A stretch of 64,000 bases of DNA from Mobula hypostoma (lineage: Eukaryota), in assembly GCF_963921235.1 (NCBI RefSeq), contig NC_086097.1, positions 140,926,001 to 140,990,000 of the forward strand. The letters are read 5' to 3'. The position numbers were made by a program, and so were the translations under genes. Below the pieces are notes generated by a model. That model ran no database searches, was not told the origin of the DNA, and saw only the letters and a list, made by a program, of their open reading frames with translations. Positions 46,006 to 59,520 of the stretch are shown one piece after another (within the stretch, counting starts at the first letter, position 1; the number at the start of each line of letters is the position of its first letter).

Positions 46006-49000
46006 CAATGATTCTCTAATTTTGGTACATTTAGTACAATTCACATTCAGCTTTCGTCTGAACTAATTAACAAAATGAAACACTGAGTGAACAGTTTGCT
46101 ATGTTCTGTTTAGCTGACAGATGGCACTCCATAATCAGTATTTCAATGTTTATTTCTCCAGAACTGCCCTGCACCAGTCATTATTTGTAATTTTTACTTC
46201 ATTCAGAAGTTAGATGTAATAAGTATAAACTTTATTCAGCACAGACCAGAAGCATTTAATGGCTAAAGGTGAGTACTATGTGGTTTTCAGATTGTAATCT
46301 ACTTACCCTCCACTGTTTGGGAGCTTTCCATAGTCCCATCAATTTTAAATTCAGCTTTTCTGCTAATTCACTTCTGTATTAATTCAGTCCAGAACTTCAC
46401 TCTTAACTCTGACTCAACGTCACCAACTCAGTGCATTTCCATCACTTACATATTTCACTGACTTCATGTCTTTAGATTTCCTCTATGATTCCCTTGCACA
46501 AAGTCCCGTGACCCCAGCATTCCTTGACTCCACTCCCTTCCTCTACCAGTGCAGTTTTTGACTCCCCCCTTCCTTCTCCTGCCTCACATTATCTGGTGGC
46601 AGTTCCTGCAGTAAGTAATTGCTGCAGGCTGATGCTGTTTCAGCTAAATGGCTGATAGTGTGCGTGTTACCCACTGGGCTCTGTTCAACTGGCTGTAATA
46701 TGAAAAACACCAATCACTGTTTAGCATCATCTGGCTGCTCCGGTTGCAACTTAAATCAAAGATCTACGTCCAGGCCTGGGACCACTAACATCGAACTTGG
46801 CCTGGAAAAATAAATGAACTGCTGTCACACTGTGAAATAAGTGACTTCTCAAAACAAGTCAAGTGATTAGTTAATGCAGTTTCTGAAAATCTGCAACAAA
46901 ATCTGGAAATGCTGAAAATACTCTACACCTTAGAAACACCTTCGGAGCGAAACAATCAATGTTCAATGCAAGATTTCACATGGACATAAGAGCCAATGAA
47001 ATATGATTCCTTTTCAGTTATATAAAAAAATGAAAGCTCTTAACCTTGTAAAATTAGACCCAGAGTTCGCCAGAGCCTGATTTTAGATTGTAGTCGGCAT
47101 GTATTCCTGTTGAGTGCTTGTTTGGGGTAACAAATAAAATATAAGTTGAAAATTAGGCTTTTGGATGGGAGTGTATATTTTCAGTATGGATGTTTCAAAT
47201 ATTGTGCAAAGGTCCAATTAATTTAATGTGGTCTGCCAGAGTCGTGCCACGTTGACAAAAACTGCAACTAAAGACTGTTCAGTGCAGATATAGGCTCAAC
47301 TATTCAGGAAGAGAATTACACACTTTAAAGGTAAATATAGAATCATACATGCTGGAGCATTAGATCCAATCTACACAAGCCCAGTGCCATTGGAAGGAAG
47401 AGATTAAATTGAAAGCAACTGTCAATGGTGGTGTTGTTGATATTGTTACTTGTGTTCTACTGAACATGGTGGGCATGCCATGTTGGCTCAGGAATGTGTA
47501 GCAACTCTTGCGGGCGGCCCCAATACATCCTTAAACTTTGTGAATTGTTAACACAAACAACAGGTGTAACTATATGTTTTGCTGTACATGTAATAAATAA
47601 ACGAATCTGAATTTCAATGCTAATCGTTTTTATAGCAGAAATATTCAAGGATAGGTCACTATAGACATGATTAGACTGAAAAAAAAACTAAATAAAGCCT
47701 ACTAAAATAGCTATGTTTACATGGCATTAACATTATAACATGGTTGCTGGGAAGTACTCAGTACCTGAGCATTTTTCTCTCTAATCTAGCATAGAAAAAT
47801 AGGGATGGAGTTTGGAAGAATACTTGGAAGATGTCAGAAAAAAACCCTAATAATAGTCTTTAGTTCATTTGCTGCTGGATATTATAATCTTTAGGAAAAA
47901 GAAACTTCAGAATGTGATTTGTGTCAGTCTGACTTGAAGCAACAATCTTTTAGGAAGGGTGCTGACTTGGCAATACAAGAGTAATAGCAGAAACAGAAGC
48001 AAGAAATGCAGAAATTAGGAACAATCGAGGGCCAAGAATGAACTTTATTCACTATATACATTTGCATATATTTGGAATTTGCTGTTGGTCGAGGTTCAAC
48101 ATGCAACGAAAAACAACAACATTTAATAATGATAAAAAGTGAAGTTAGAGGTTAAAGGACGGATATGGAATGAACTGTGCACAATTACATAGTGTACATA
48201 AAACATGCAATTACAATGTAAACAGTTTTATAAAAAGTGGTTTTAAGTGTCTACAATGCAGTGTAGGGCGAAGTACAATGGTTGATTAGAATAACAGCCT
48301 GGAGGAAGAAACATTTAAGATGATGTGTAGTCTTTGTTGTAACAGCCCCTTAGTGCTATCCAGAAGTGAGCTTCTGGAAGAACCATTAGCAAATATGTTT
48401 GTCTGTGGTGGGTTTGAATACTTTCTGTTTTGGACAGGACATGGTGAATATAGAAGTGCCTCATCTGTTGTGCGATAGTGATGCTCTCAAACCAATCAAT
48501 ACTGTATCCATTGTAACTAGTAGGCTACAGAGATGATGTTGAGATTACCAAAGCTTATATTTTAAAAGTGGTGTTGAGAAAAGAAGAAAAATGTTACTTT
48601 TGCAGATGCTGTCACAGAACTGATCTGCCTGGTGTCAGCATCTGGACTTTTACACATCAGCAGAACTCAATGCTTGAGGAACAGCTTCTTCCCCTCCACC
48701 ATCATATTTCTGCATGGATAATTAACCATGAACACTGTCTCAGTATTTTTCCTTCTTTTGCAATAGTTATTTCATTTTGTTTATATTATATACATAGTTC
48801 TTATTGTAATTTACAAATTTCATGACATATGCCTGTGATAGTAAACCCGATTCTGATTCTCAAATGGATGAATGTGAAATAATTTCCATGGAGCTACAGT
48901 TTGGGAATATGATTAATGCAGATGTTGCAGCTCAGGTACAAATAGGAGGTGTTGCTCAGCAAAGATATCCCAAGATCAGGGTGTAGAGAATACAAGGAAG

Positions 49001-50295
49001 GATATATTGTGTTGTGTGCACTGTCATTCTGCAAAGGATACGGATACATTGAGTAAGGGGGCAAAATTCTGGCAAATGGAATGTGGGGAATATAAGATCG
49101 TGTGCTTCATTAAGATGAATCAAAACATAGATCATTGTCCAAATAGAAATATACTGCAAATGAGTGAAGTACAAGGGGACTGGGATGTTTATTTTCATGT
49201 ACCACAAAATGTTGTGAAACAGTCATATTGAAGAACGTTACCAGACAGCCAAGAAATCAAATTATATATAGAAGGGAGGTTATGTTGCAGCTGTCCAGGG
49301 CCATACCTGGAATACTGTTCATGGTTTTTGCCCCCTTACCTTTAAAGGGATATAGTAGCATTGAAGGAGATCCAGAAGGGTTTCACCAGAGCTAATTCCT
49401 GGGATGAGTGGTTTATCTTTTCGCGAGCCAGACATTTTGGGTCTGTATTCCTTAGAATTTGGAAAAATCTGGAGTGACTTTATTGAGACATATAAGATGG
49501 GACACATATTGATACAGTTTTACTACTGAGGGCAGCCCGCAAGTGTTACCACACAAGCCGTTGCCAACATAGCATACCCACAATGCTCAGCAGAACACAG
49601 TACAACAGAATACAGCAAGCAACAAATCAACAACAGCAACCAATCTCCCATTCACCCCTCCCATCATGTTCATATACATTCTTCGAATTCCAAGACTCTT
49701 CATATTCTTCAGCCTCCAGTCTCCAGAAGACTCAGAATCAGACTCGGATACATAGACATTGGGCCTTTGACAACCCAAGTGGACTCCCAGAGATTTACAA
49801 GCCCAGGTCTCCGGCTAACTCAATGCTTCTGATTCGACCATTGAGATTTGATTCTCAGCAACAATATTAGATATAACTAAGTTATAGAGAGATTCATACT
49901 TCAAAGATCAAGAAATTGTAAGTTATTGGGAAGTGGCACAGAAGAGGAGCTGAGCCTTGCACTAGGGTCAAACCAGTTATTCATTCAACACAGGGGAAGA
50001 AGGATAGCTCAAAGGTGATAAGTGAAGGGATATTGAGGTTTTCCATGTAAAGAGCCTTTACTTCAGAATGTCATCATGTTACCACTTTGTCTCCCCTTTA
50101 CTTAATTTCTTCTACCTACCTGCTTACCACCTTCCCCGGTGACCCCCTTTTAACCTCTGTCCTTCATTCCTCTTCAGCCCTTTACCTTTCCCATCACCTA
50201 TTACTTTCGAGCAATCCTCCTTCCACCACTACCACCTTTAAATTCTGGCATTTCCCTCCTTGATTTCCAGTCCTGAAGAAAGCTGTCAGCCCGAA

Positions 50296-53200
50296 ATGAG
50301 CTCCGGGCATGGATCAACACATCGAATTATGATATCGTAGCCATTATTGAGACTTGTTTGCAGGAGGTGCAGGATTGACAGCCCAATATTCTGAATTCCA
50401 TTGTTTTAGGGGGATTAAAAGGGGAGGAGTGGTGTTACTAGTTCTAGAAATGTCACGGCAGTGCTCAGTCTAGACAGACTGGAGAACTTGCAAAGTGAAG
50501 CTTTATGGGTGGAACTGAGAAAGAAGAAAGGTATGAACACGTTAATGCGGCCATATTAATAGCCACCCAACAGTCTTCGAGATTTTGATGAACAAACCTC
50601 AGTCTGCTGCAAGAAACATAAGGTTGCTTTAGTGGGTGATTTTAACTTTCCATATATTGACTGGGGCTCTCATAGTGTAAAAGGACGAGATGGGACAGAG
50701 TTTGTCAAATGAGGCCAGACAAGTTTCTTGAACTAGTACATGAAAGTCGGAATGAGAGATTATATGATGCTTGATCTTCTTTTCAGAATGAGACAGGGTG
50801 GGAGATCAAAGTTTATGTCGGGGAACACTTTGCATTTTGTGATCATAATGTTATTAGTTTCAAAGTAAATATTGAAAAAGATAGGTCTGGTCCGTGGGTT
50901 GAGATTCTAAATTGGAGAAGGGCCAATTTTGATGATATCAGAATAGATCTGGCAAGTATGGATTGGAACAGGCTGTTTTCTGGTAAAGGGGTTCCAGGTA
51001 ATTCTGTGGCGTGCAGAAGTGAAATTCTGAGAATACAAAGCTCCCATGTGCCTGTCAGAATAAAAGGTAAAGATAACAGTTGTAGAGACCTTGGTTTTCA
51101 AGCGATATGGAGGCCCTGGTAAAGAAAAAAAGGAGCTGCGTTGCAGGTAGGAGCAGCTGAGGTACTTATGGCATGCAGAACATAGAGGAGAATACTTAAG
51201 AAATAAACAGGAAGGTTAAAAGAAGGCATGAGGTTGTCTTAGCAGACAGGTTGAAGGTGGGTCTTAAGGGATTCTACGGATACGTTAAGAGCAAAAGGAT
51301 TGCAAGGGACAAAATTAGTACTCTAGAAAATCGGAATGGTAATCTATGCGTGGAACCAAAAGAGATGGGAAAGATCTTGAATGGATTTTTTTGCTTTTTG
51401 CATCCGTATTTACTCGGGAGCTGGACACAAAGTCCGTAGAAGTGAGGAAAAGCAGGAGCGAGGTCGTGAACCCTATACAGATTACAGAGGAGGAGGTGTT
51501 TGCCGACTTGAGGCAAATTAGGATGCATAAATCCCTAGGGCCTGACAAGGTGTTCCTTTGAACCCTGTGGGAGGCAAGTGCAGAAATTGCGGGGTCCCTA
51601 GCAGAGATATTTAGATCTTCCTTAGTGACTCGTGACATACCGGAAGATTAGAGGATAGCTAATGTTGCTTCCACTGTTCAAGAATGACTCTAAGAATAAA
51701 CCGTAAAATTGTAGACTGGCAAGCCTGATATTAGTGGTGGGAAATTTATTGGAAAGTATTCGAATGACCAGGCTATATGAGCATTTGGATATATATGCAC
51801 TGATTTGGCATAGTCAACGTGGCTTTTTACGTGGTAGGTCATACCTAACAAATCTTGTAGAGGTTTTCAAGGAGGCTACCAGGAAAGGTGATGAAAGCAA
51901 GGCAGTGGATGCTGTCTACATGTACCTTAGTCAGACATTTGACGATGTCCCGCATGAGAGATTAGTCATGAAGATTCTGTTGTTTGATATTCACGATGAG
52001 GCAGTAAATTAGCATACAAATTAGCTTTGTGGGAGAGGCCAAAATGCCTTAGTAGATGGTTGCCTCTATGGCTAGTGGTGTGCCACAGGGATCGACTCTG
52101 AGTCTGTTGATTGGCATCTACAGCAACGATCTGGATAATAATGTGGTTAACTGGATCAGCAAATTTACGGAGGACACTAAGATTGGGAGTGGTGTCAACA
52201 GTAAAGAAAACTATTTAAGCTTGTAGCAGGATCTAGAGCAGCTGGAAAATGAACGGGAAAATGGAAGGTGGAAATTAATGCAGTCAAGTGTGCGGTGTTG
52301 CACTTCGGTAGGATCAACTAAGGCAGGTCTTTCAGAGTGAGCGGTTGGGCACCAAGAAGTGTGGCAGACAAATGTATATGGGGATACAGGTCCATAATTC
52401 ATTGAAAGTGGTGTCACAGCTAGATATGGCTATAAAAATATTCTCGGTACTTTGGCCTTCATAAATCAAAGTATTGAGTACAAGAGATATGGTGTTATAT
52501 TGAAGTTGTATAAGATGTTGATGAGGCTTCATATGGAGTATTGTGTGCAGGTTTTGTCATCTGTCTGCAGGAAAGACGTAATAAGGTTGAATAAATGCAG
52601 AGAAAAATCACCAGGATGATGCCAGGACTTGAGAACCTGAGTTATAAGGAAAGATTGAATAAGTTAGGACTTTATTCCTTGGAACGGAGAAGACAGAAGG
52701 GAGATTTGATAGACCTATACAAAATTATGAAGGATATATATAGGACTTTCCACTGAAGTTCGGTGGGGCTACAATTAATGATGATGGATTAAGGGCGAAA
52801 GGTGAAAAGTTTAAGAGGAACATCAGAGGAAACTCCTTCATTCAAAATTTTATGAGGTTCTGGAACGAACTGCCAGCGTAAGTGGTGCATCTCAGCTCAG
52901 TTTCAAAGTTTAAGAGATTGGTACATCGTTTTCAGGGGTATGAAGGGCAATGGTCCGGTGCATGTTGATAGAAGTGGACAGTTTCAATGGTTCTGCACGG
53001 ACTAGACGGGTCTAAGGAAGCGGTCCCCAACCACCGGGCCGCAAGGTATGCACTACCGGGCCGCGAGGAAACGATATGATTTGGCGATATGAGTCAGCTG
53101 CACCTTTCCTCATTCCCTGTTACGGCCACTGTTGAGCTTGAACGCACGCGAGGTCATTACCCGCGCGTCATCCATGTCAGCGCGGGAAGGAGATCAACTC

Positions 53201-54262
53201 CTCGAGCTTGCAAATGACGGCGGGCTGAAAAGTTTGTTTGACATAACATCTCTGCCGGCATTCTGGATCAAAGTCAAGGCTAAAAATCCTGAGATAGCCA
53301 CGAAAGCACTGAAAACGTTGCTTCCAACATACTTCTGCAATGAATGCAACGAAAACTAAATTGCGGAATAGACTGGACATAAGGAACCCCCTTCGAGTAT
53401 CGCTGTCTCCCATCACCCCTCGATAGCACCGTCTTGTTGCAGGAAAACAAGCCACGGCTCCCACTGATTCAGCTCTATTGGTGCGTTGCAATGATTTTAT
53501 ATGTTCATACGAGGAAAATATGCGCTGTGTGTTTAATATCCAAACGTTACTTAAAATGTTATGATACTATTATAAGTGAGTTATATAACCATGTAACCAT
53601 TACGGCATGGAAACAGGCGATCTCGCCCCTTCTAGTCCGTGCCGAACGCTACTCTCACCTAGTCCCACCGACCTGCACTCAGCCCATAACCCTCCATTCC
53701 TTTCCTGTCCATGTACCCATCCAATTTTTCTTTAAATGATAATATCGAACCTACCTCTACCATTTTTACTGGAAGTTCGTTCAACACTTCAAGCTCCCCT
53801 GTCCTCCCCTGATAATTGACTTATCACTATATTCATGCGAGGAAAATATGCGCTGTGTGTTTATTATTAAATTCGTTAGATAAACCCTTTTAGAAACGAA
53901 ATTAAGTGTATGAGCCACTTATCACCTATATTCAGGTCGTGATTAACACCACCCTCCCCCGCCGCCGCCGCCAACGCCAACAGAATCGGCGAAAACTATT
54001 TTTAAGAAATCGGCACGTAAACGCGCGCAAGTTACGCATGCGCACTGGTGCCAGCGCAAGGCTTCATGGTCATTGTAGTCTTTCTTGGGGTAAACCTAAC
54101 GTATTTGACTGCTACTCTTGTACGTTGGGAACCGTAACCCCCCCCCCCCCCGGTCGGCCGGTCCGCAAGAATATTACAATATGAAATCGGTCCGCAGTAC
54201 GAAAAAGGTTGGGGACCCCTGAAGGGCATGTTTCTGTACTGTAGTTTTCTATGTCTCTATGA
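50296..54262 (+). mobile_element. Old degenerate CR1 LINE whose 3' UTR is interrupted by a hAT element
   Basis: Residual APE (ggtgattttaactttcc), linker and RT motifs. The 3' UTR gacgggtct..aagggcatgtttctgtactgtagttttctatg is split at 53018-54221. Its 3' part is paralogous to 15190-15455. Confidence 0.75.
53018..54221 (+). mobile_element. Non-autonomous hAT (Charlie-like) DNA transposon
   Basis: TIRs aagcggtccccaac (53018) and gttggggacccctg (ending 54221). ORF 53132..53359 has LPAFWIKVKAKNPEIATKALKTLLP, resembling the hAT C-terminal dimerisation domain. A CR1 tail fragment is inserted at about 53590-53790. Confidence 0.82.
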
Positions 54263-56547
54263 CTGATCAATTTCATGTCCTTCCGATCAGGCCTTGGACT
54301 GTCTATTCACTGGAGGTACACAGGGTGCAAGAAGGGTGGAGTTTAATCTAACAAATGACAACGGATGTTCGGTTTCAATCTGCCTTTGATCGTCTTGATG
54401 GAACAATGGAGGGAATGGCTGGTAACAGCCTGGAGTGGCTGAAGGTGTCGCCAGGATCCTCTCTGAGAGAACCAGAACCTGAATCAGAAACAAACATCAT
54501 TCTGCGGGCTTCAGTCATCAGTCGGTGGCGAGACCAGTGCCGCCATGGGCAGGGTGCAGTGCAGAACAAAAGCAGAAACTTTGATATAAATGAGTCGCTT
54601 CAAACCTAGTGACCACATAAACAATACATTTATGCTATTACATTTATATGATGTCCTTGATGCAGTAAGATTCCAGTAGGAGTTCCACGGGAATGCAATT
54701 TAAAATTTGTCAAGAAGTCAGTAAAATGAGACTCTGCGTCCAGTACTTCTTCAATTCCGTGTTTCAAAGTAAAATACATCTTTAAAGACTGGAAGTTATT
54801 CAACGGCGAAAGGATTAAATGGCAAGCAGTTGTATTCACTTCACCAGATTTCATCGACACACCAGGACACAAGGGAATGATACCGGAAGAGGAGCAGAAG
54901 GACGACGCTACCAGGCCGACAGTCCTGCCCCAGTATTCAATACGTTAATAGCTAATATGCCTAGGCCTCAGCACCTCCTCTATACCACAGACCCATGGCC
55001 CTCAGGTCTCCGATTCCTACATTTGTTATACTGCACAGATACAGGCCCTTTAGCCCCACTCGTCAAAGGTTTCAAGGGTCAGTGGAAGAGAAGCAAAGTC
55101 GTCGTTTCAGCGCTAAATTTCAGACAAATATCGACCAACGTTCAAAGGCCCAGGGACCAGAAATCCATTGAGAAATCCAAAGAATCACTTCCCTCCGCCA
55201 GAAGCTGCAAATGACTCCCACTTCCTTTTTACTGAAATCATGTCTTCTGGGCTGCTAGAAAACGGGATATAAATGAACCAGATATTCGAAGTTGCTGGAA
55301 ACATTGACTGTGCGCGAGTCCACATTCCATCAGGGAGACTGTGGATATTGTGGAGGGTCATTGTTATGAATGGCAGTGAGGTAGGAAATCAGCTGAGAGG
55401 GTGGAGCAGGGCGAGGGGAAACTCAAGCGTTCCATCAGGGACGTGGTAGCAAGCACGCCTCCTAACCGAATGCATTCCGCACACTGTAAAGTTTAGTAAC
55501 ATGGGGAAACCGCAGAGGTCACTACTTCATTCGGAGTTTGATGGGATTTGGTGTGTCAGCAAAGACTCTTGCAATATTTTTGCAGATATAACACGGAGAA
55601 TATTCTAACTGATTGCGCCACAGCCATTCATGGAGCCTGCAATTCGAGAAGTTGTAGAGGGTTGTAGACTCAAGCAGCTCCCTCACGGGCCCAACCATCC
55701 CCGCCATTGAAGATATTTTAAGAGGCAGTGCTTCATGACGGCATCATTCATTATTAAAGACCCTCGCCATCTGGGACAGCATTCCCCTTCCTACCATCGG
55801 GAAGGGGCATCAGAGTCTAAAGACGCACACTCGATATCTTAACACCAGTTTCTTCCCCTCGGCCATCAGATTTCTGAGCAGCCCATGAAGACATGAACAC
55901 AACGTCAATAGTTTTCTTTCAATTTCGTAGTTTTGTAACCTAAAGTAATGTTTCTATCTTGCACTGTACTACTGCCGCAAAGCAACGCATTTCGAGGCCT
56001 ATAACAGTGGTCATAAACCTGATTCTCATTCTGATTCACGAACAGGCCGCAGAGCTGAACAAACAAACGTTCTCATAAACGCGGCAAAAGGGGTGGAGGG
56101 TCTTGCTGACAGTGAGGATCGAGGTGGTGGAACGAGATTGGGAAACACCAGAGGATAAAGTTTGGTAGATATATTTCTGAAATTGCGATCTGAAACTCTA
56201 AATCTGCATCATTCCACAAATAGTTGCCTGGATTGCTGAGTATTTCTACAAATTCCTGGTCTTGTGTGGGATAAAGATCAGTTTTAATCGGGAATAAATT
56301 GAGCAAATAGTATCGAGGTGTCCAGAGGCGTTGAAGCAATCCTCTTCAAATTATGAAAGGAAGAAATAAACCGGGGCTTGCCCCGCCCCTGACACCCGTC
56401 CCCAAAGAAAGGCGGCGCTACCAGTCTAATGCAAAGAAGTGATTTGGGCAAGGCGGGATAGGAGCTGAGGCGGGTTCAGCCCCGACAACAAAAGCTGATA
56501 AACTGCGGTTCCTCTCAGATTCCAAACACTGACCCGGCGCAACAAGC

Positions 56548-56972
56548 ATGTGGCAGGGTCCCTGGTTCGTGGTGCTGATTTTCAGCTGTGCGTTACCAAC
56601 ACCTCTTCAACTTTTATCGCTCCTTGCCGCCACGCAGATTCTTTAACCGTTTTCTGCTCTTTTTGCAGGTCGAAGTGTGGCTCAGACCCTGACCCAGCCT
56701 AAAGCATCGATTACGGTACCTGCCGGGAAAACTGCGCGAATACGGTGTCAAGTGCATGGAGGCTCTGTCAGCAGCAGTTCTCCCCTTCACTGGTACCAAC
56801 AGAAACCCGGCAAGCCTCCTCAAAGGATACTCTATTTTGGAGGTGATGTAAAGCGGGATCCGGAATTCGGGATATCCTTCAACGCGGGAAAGTCGACTGA
56901 TTCCGAGTTCTATCTCACAATCGAAGTTAGCACTGAAAGCGCTGCCACCTATTACTGCGCCTACTGGGTTTA
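56548..56972 (+). CDS. TRGV: T-cell receptor gamma V segment, subgroup a (paralog of 16408), apparently functional
   Basis: Leader exon 56548-56587, intron, V exon 56669-56972. Spliced: MWQGPWFVVLIFSCRSVA-QTLTQPKASIT..RCQV..LHWYQQKPGKP..YYCAYWV. Confidence 0.9.
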
Positions 56973-57010
56973 CACAGTATGTAATAGAAGGCAAACTCCG
57001 CACAAAAAGC
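56973..57010 (+). other. RSS, 23-type with a 22-nt spacer
   Basis: CACAGTA (56973-56979), 22 nt, ACAAAAAGC (57002-57010). Confidence 0.88.
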
Positions 57011-59295
57011 TCGACGAACAGCCAAGTCAACGGGAACCGTTGATCCGGAGGCTGCAGCGACCTCCAGCTAAACTTGCGCTTACCCATATCTGCCGGGCAG
57101 GAGTTCGGGTCTGCGCAAGTGGTCTGCGCATCAGCACGTTCGCAATTCCTTTAGAAAGGTGGGCAGTTTTCCGCTTTAGGGACGAGGCGCAGCCATGGTG
57201 TTCCCATTCCTCGGTCGCCCCCTGTGGAATGTTAGGTAAGAGATTCTGTCACCAGAAACACGGCGCGTGGCCTGGCCGATGGTGCGGTAGGGGGGTTGGC
57301 TTTTCCCATCTCCGGGAGATACTGAATACAGCAAATGCTTTGAGACAAGACAACATCCTGACTTCCGTAATGAACCCCTGTGGTGAAGAAGCGGCTTTGT
57401 CTTTAGTCAAGTTGCTTTCATACAGTTATAACATTGACCCATTAGGTGGAAAATTACGTGCCACGAGAACCTAGCGGTTAGCACGACGCTATGCCAACTC
57501 AGGGAGAGTTTGGAGTTCAGTTCTGGCGCTGCCTGTAAGGACCCTCTGTGGTTCATCTCCGTGGAATGCATGGATTTTCCCCGGGTACTCCGGTTTTCTC
57601 TCACGGTCGAGTAGGTTGACAGATGATTGCCAATTGTCAGGGTTATGTTATGTTAGGGTTAATCGAAGCTGTCAGGGGTTCCTGCCGCTGCGTGACTTGA
57701 AGGGCCGGACGGGCCTCATCTGCACTATATCGCTAAATAAACAAATAAAATTGCCTAGTGATGTCCTGGTGATGTAAAGCCTGGCAAATCCAATCTGGCT
57801 ATTTATAACACAAAACAGGGACCAAAGAAATGAGCTCTAGGGACTGTTTTTGATAACAGGACAGTAGTTGGTTTACTTCAGTTCACAGGAATCCTGAAAA
57901 AAACTCAAGTCAATGGGCATTAAGTGAAGAACTGAAATAATAAATCGCTGAAAGGACAGTGGTTGGAAGTCTTTTCCTAGACGTGTACATTTTCAGTTGA
58001 TTCATTAATAAACTTTCTACATTATCACACGTGTACAGACAATGCCAATGTCCAAACAAGTGTTTCCAATTAACCACTCTTGATATTCAATGACTGAAAA
58101 TACAACTGGGCCAGTCACACAAACACTGAGACAACACGTATGGCCGCAGGAAATAAATCTCAGGGTTGCATGTGGTGTCTCTGATAATAAATTTTACTTT
58201 GCACTTTGAGCTTTGAATGTGGCTGGGTATTCTGGGTCAAACAACACATTTCAAATACTTTCCTTTGTCTGTAAAGCAAATTAGGGGTGTTATGACGTAC
58301 TTTCCATTTAGATGAATGAGTTTTCCTAAAAGAACTTTAATGAAGCTCAACGCCATCCAAAACAAAGCAGTTCCTTTTATTAACAACAACCACCTGCTCC
58401 GAAGATTCATTCTTGTGACCACAGAATATTTGTGACACACTGAATATTTGTAAACATCCAGGCTACTAATTGCACTGCAATTACTTACCCAGGTTCCTCT
58501 GACAGCACCTCTCAAACTCACAGTCTACCACCAAGAAAGATTAAGGCAGCTATAACTACTGTTACGATTCACATATCTTATATGTTGTGCCATGGTTAAA
58601 GGTGTCTAGGACTATTTTCACATATAATTTGAAGATTGCCTCACCAAAGAGTGGGGCGGCATGGTAGCACTGGGTTCATTTCCCGCCGCTGCCTGGAAGG
58701 AGTTTGCACTTTCTATCCGTTCGCTCGGTTGCTCTGGTTTCCGCCCACATTGCAAAGACGTGCCGGTTGGTAGGTTAATTGGTCACTGTAAATTATCCCG
58801 TGACTAGTATAGGATCAAATCGGAGATTGCGCGAAGTGCCGGAAAGGCCGATTCAGCGCTGTATCACAACAAATAAAAAAGGAGAGCAGGGACGCTTGAT
58901 CTCCTGCTGGAAAACTTGCCAAAGCAAGTTACTGCTGGAGGATGGCGGGAAACATTGTAATCACTAACTCTTTGTGTTTATATGATTTTGGAAAAAGATA
59001 GGATTGACCATTAAGTTAAAGTACTAGAAAGGCTAATTTTGAAAGCATTCGACAGGATTCTGCAAAAGTTGATTGTGAGAAGCTGTTTTACTGGTATGGG
59101 AAGTGACAGGCGTCTGAATGTGTGATAGGAGGGTTCGGGGACAGCATTATACCATAAGGCATAGGAGCAGAATTAGGCCATTTGGCCCATCGTGACTGCT
59201 CTACTATCCATCATCGTTGATTTTTTAACCACTCTCAATGGCATTTGCTGACCACCCCGTAACCTTTGATGCCCTTATTAATAAAGAGCCTCTTC

Positions 59296-59520
59296 TGAAA
59301 TATACAACACACACAAAATGCTGGTGGAATGCAGTAGGCCAGGCAGCATCTATAGGAAGACGACGTTTCGGGCCGAAACCGTTCGGCAGGACTAACTGAA
59401 AGAAGAGGTAGTAAGAGATTTAAAAGTGGGAGGGGGAGGGAGATCCGAAATGATTGGAGAAGACAGGAGGGGGAGGAAAGAAACTAAGAGCTGGAAAGTT
59501 GATTGGCAAAAGGACCATTA
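59296..59520 (-). mobile_element. Penelope pLTR fragment present only in copy B (degenerate hammerhead)
   Basis: acacacacaaaatgctggtggaatgcag..gacgtttcgggccgaaaccgttcggcagg. The core is mutated to CUGCCGA, and the segment is absent at the paralogous position near 19485. Confidence 0.7.

Noticed and set aside
54355-54609. 84-aa ATG-initiated ORF containing SLEWL, reminiscent of Ig FR2
   Set aside because: It has no V-domain cysteines, no WY motif, no YYC, no RSS and no convincing splice context.
56973-57474. ORF reading 167 codons past the V end (265-aa ORF) as a secreted unrearranged V protein
   Set aside because: The paralog has a stop within the RSS spacer (TAA at 16848-16850), the tail has no recognisable domain, and the region is GC-rich, so a chance open frame is likely.
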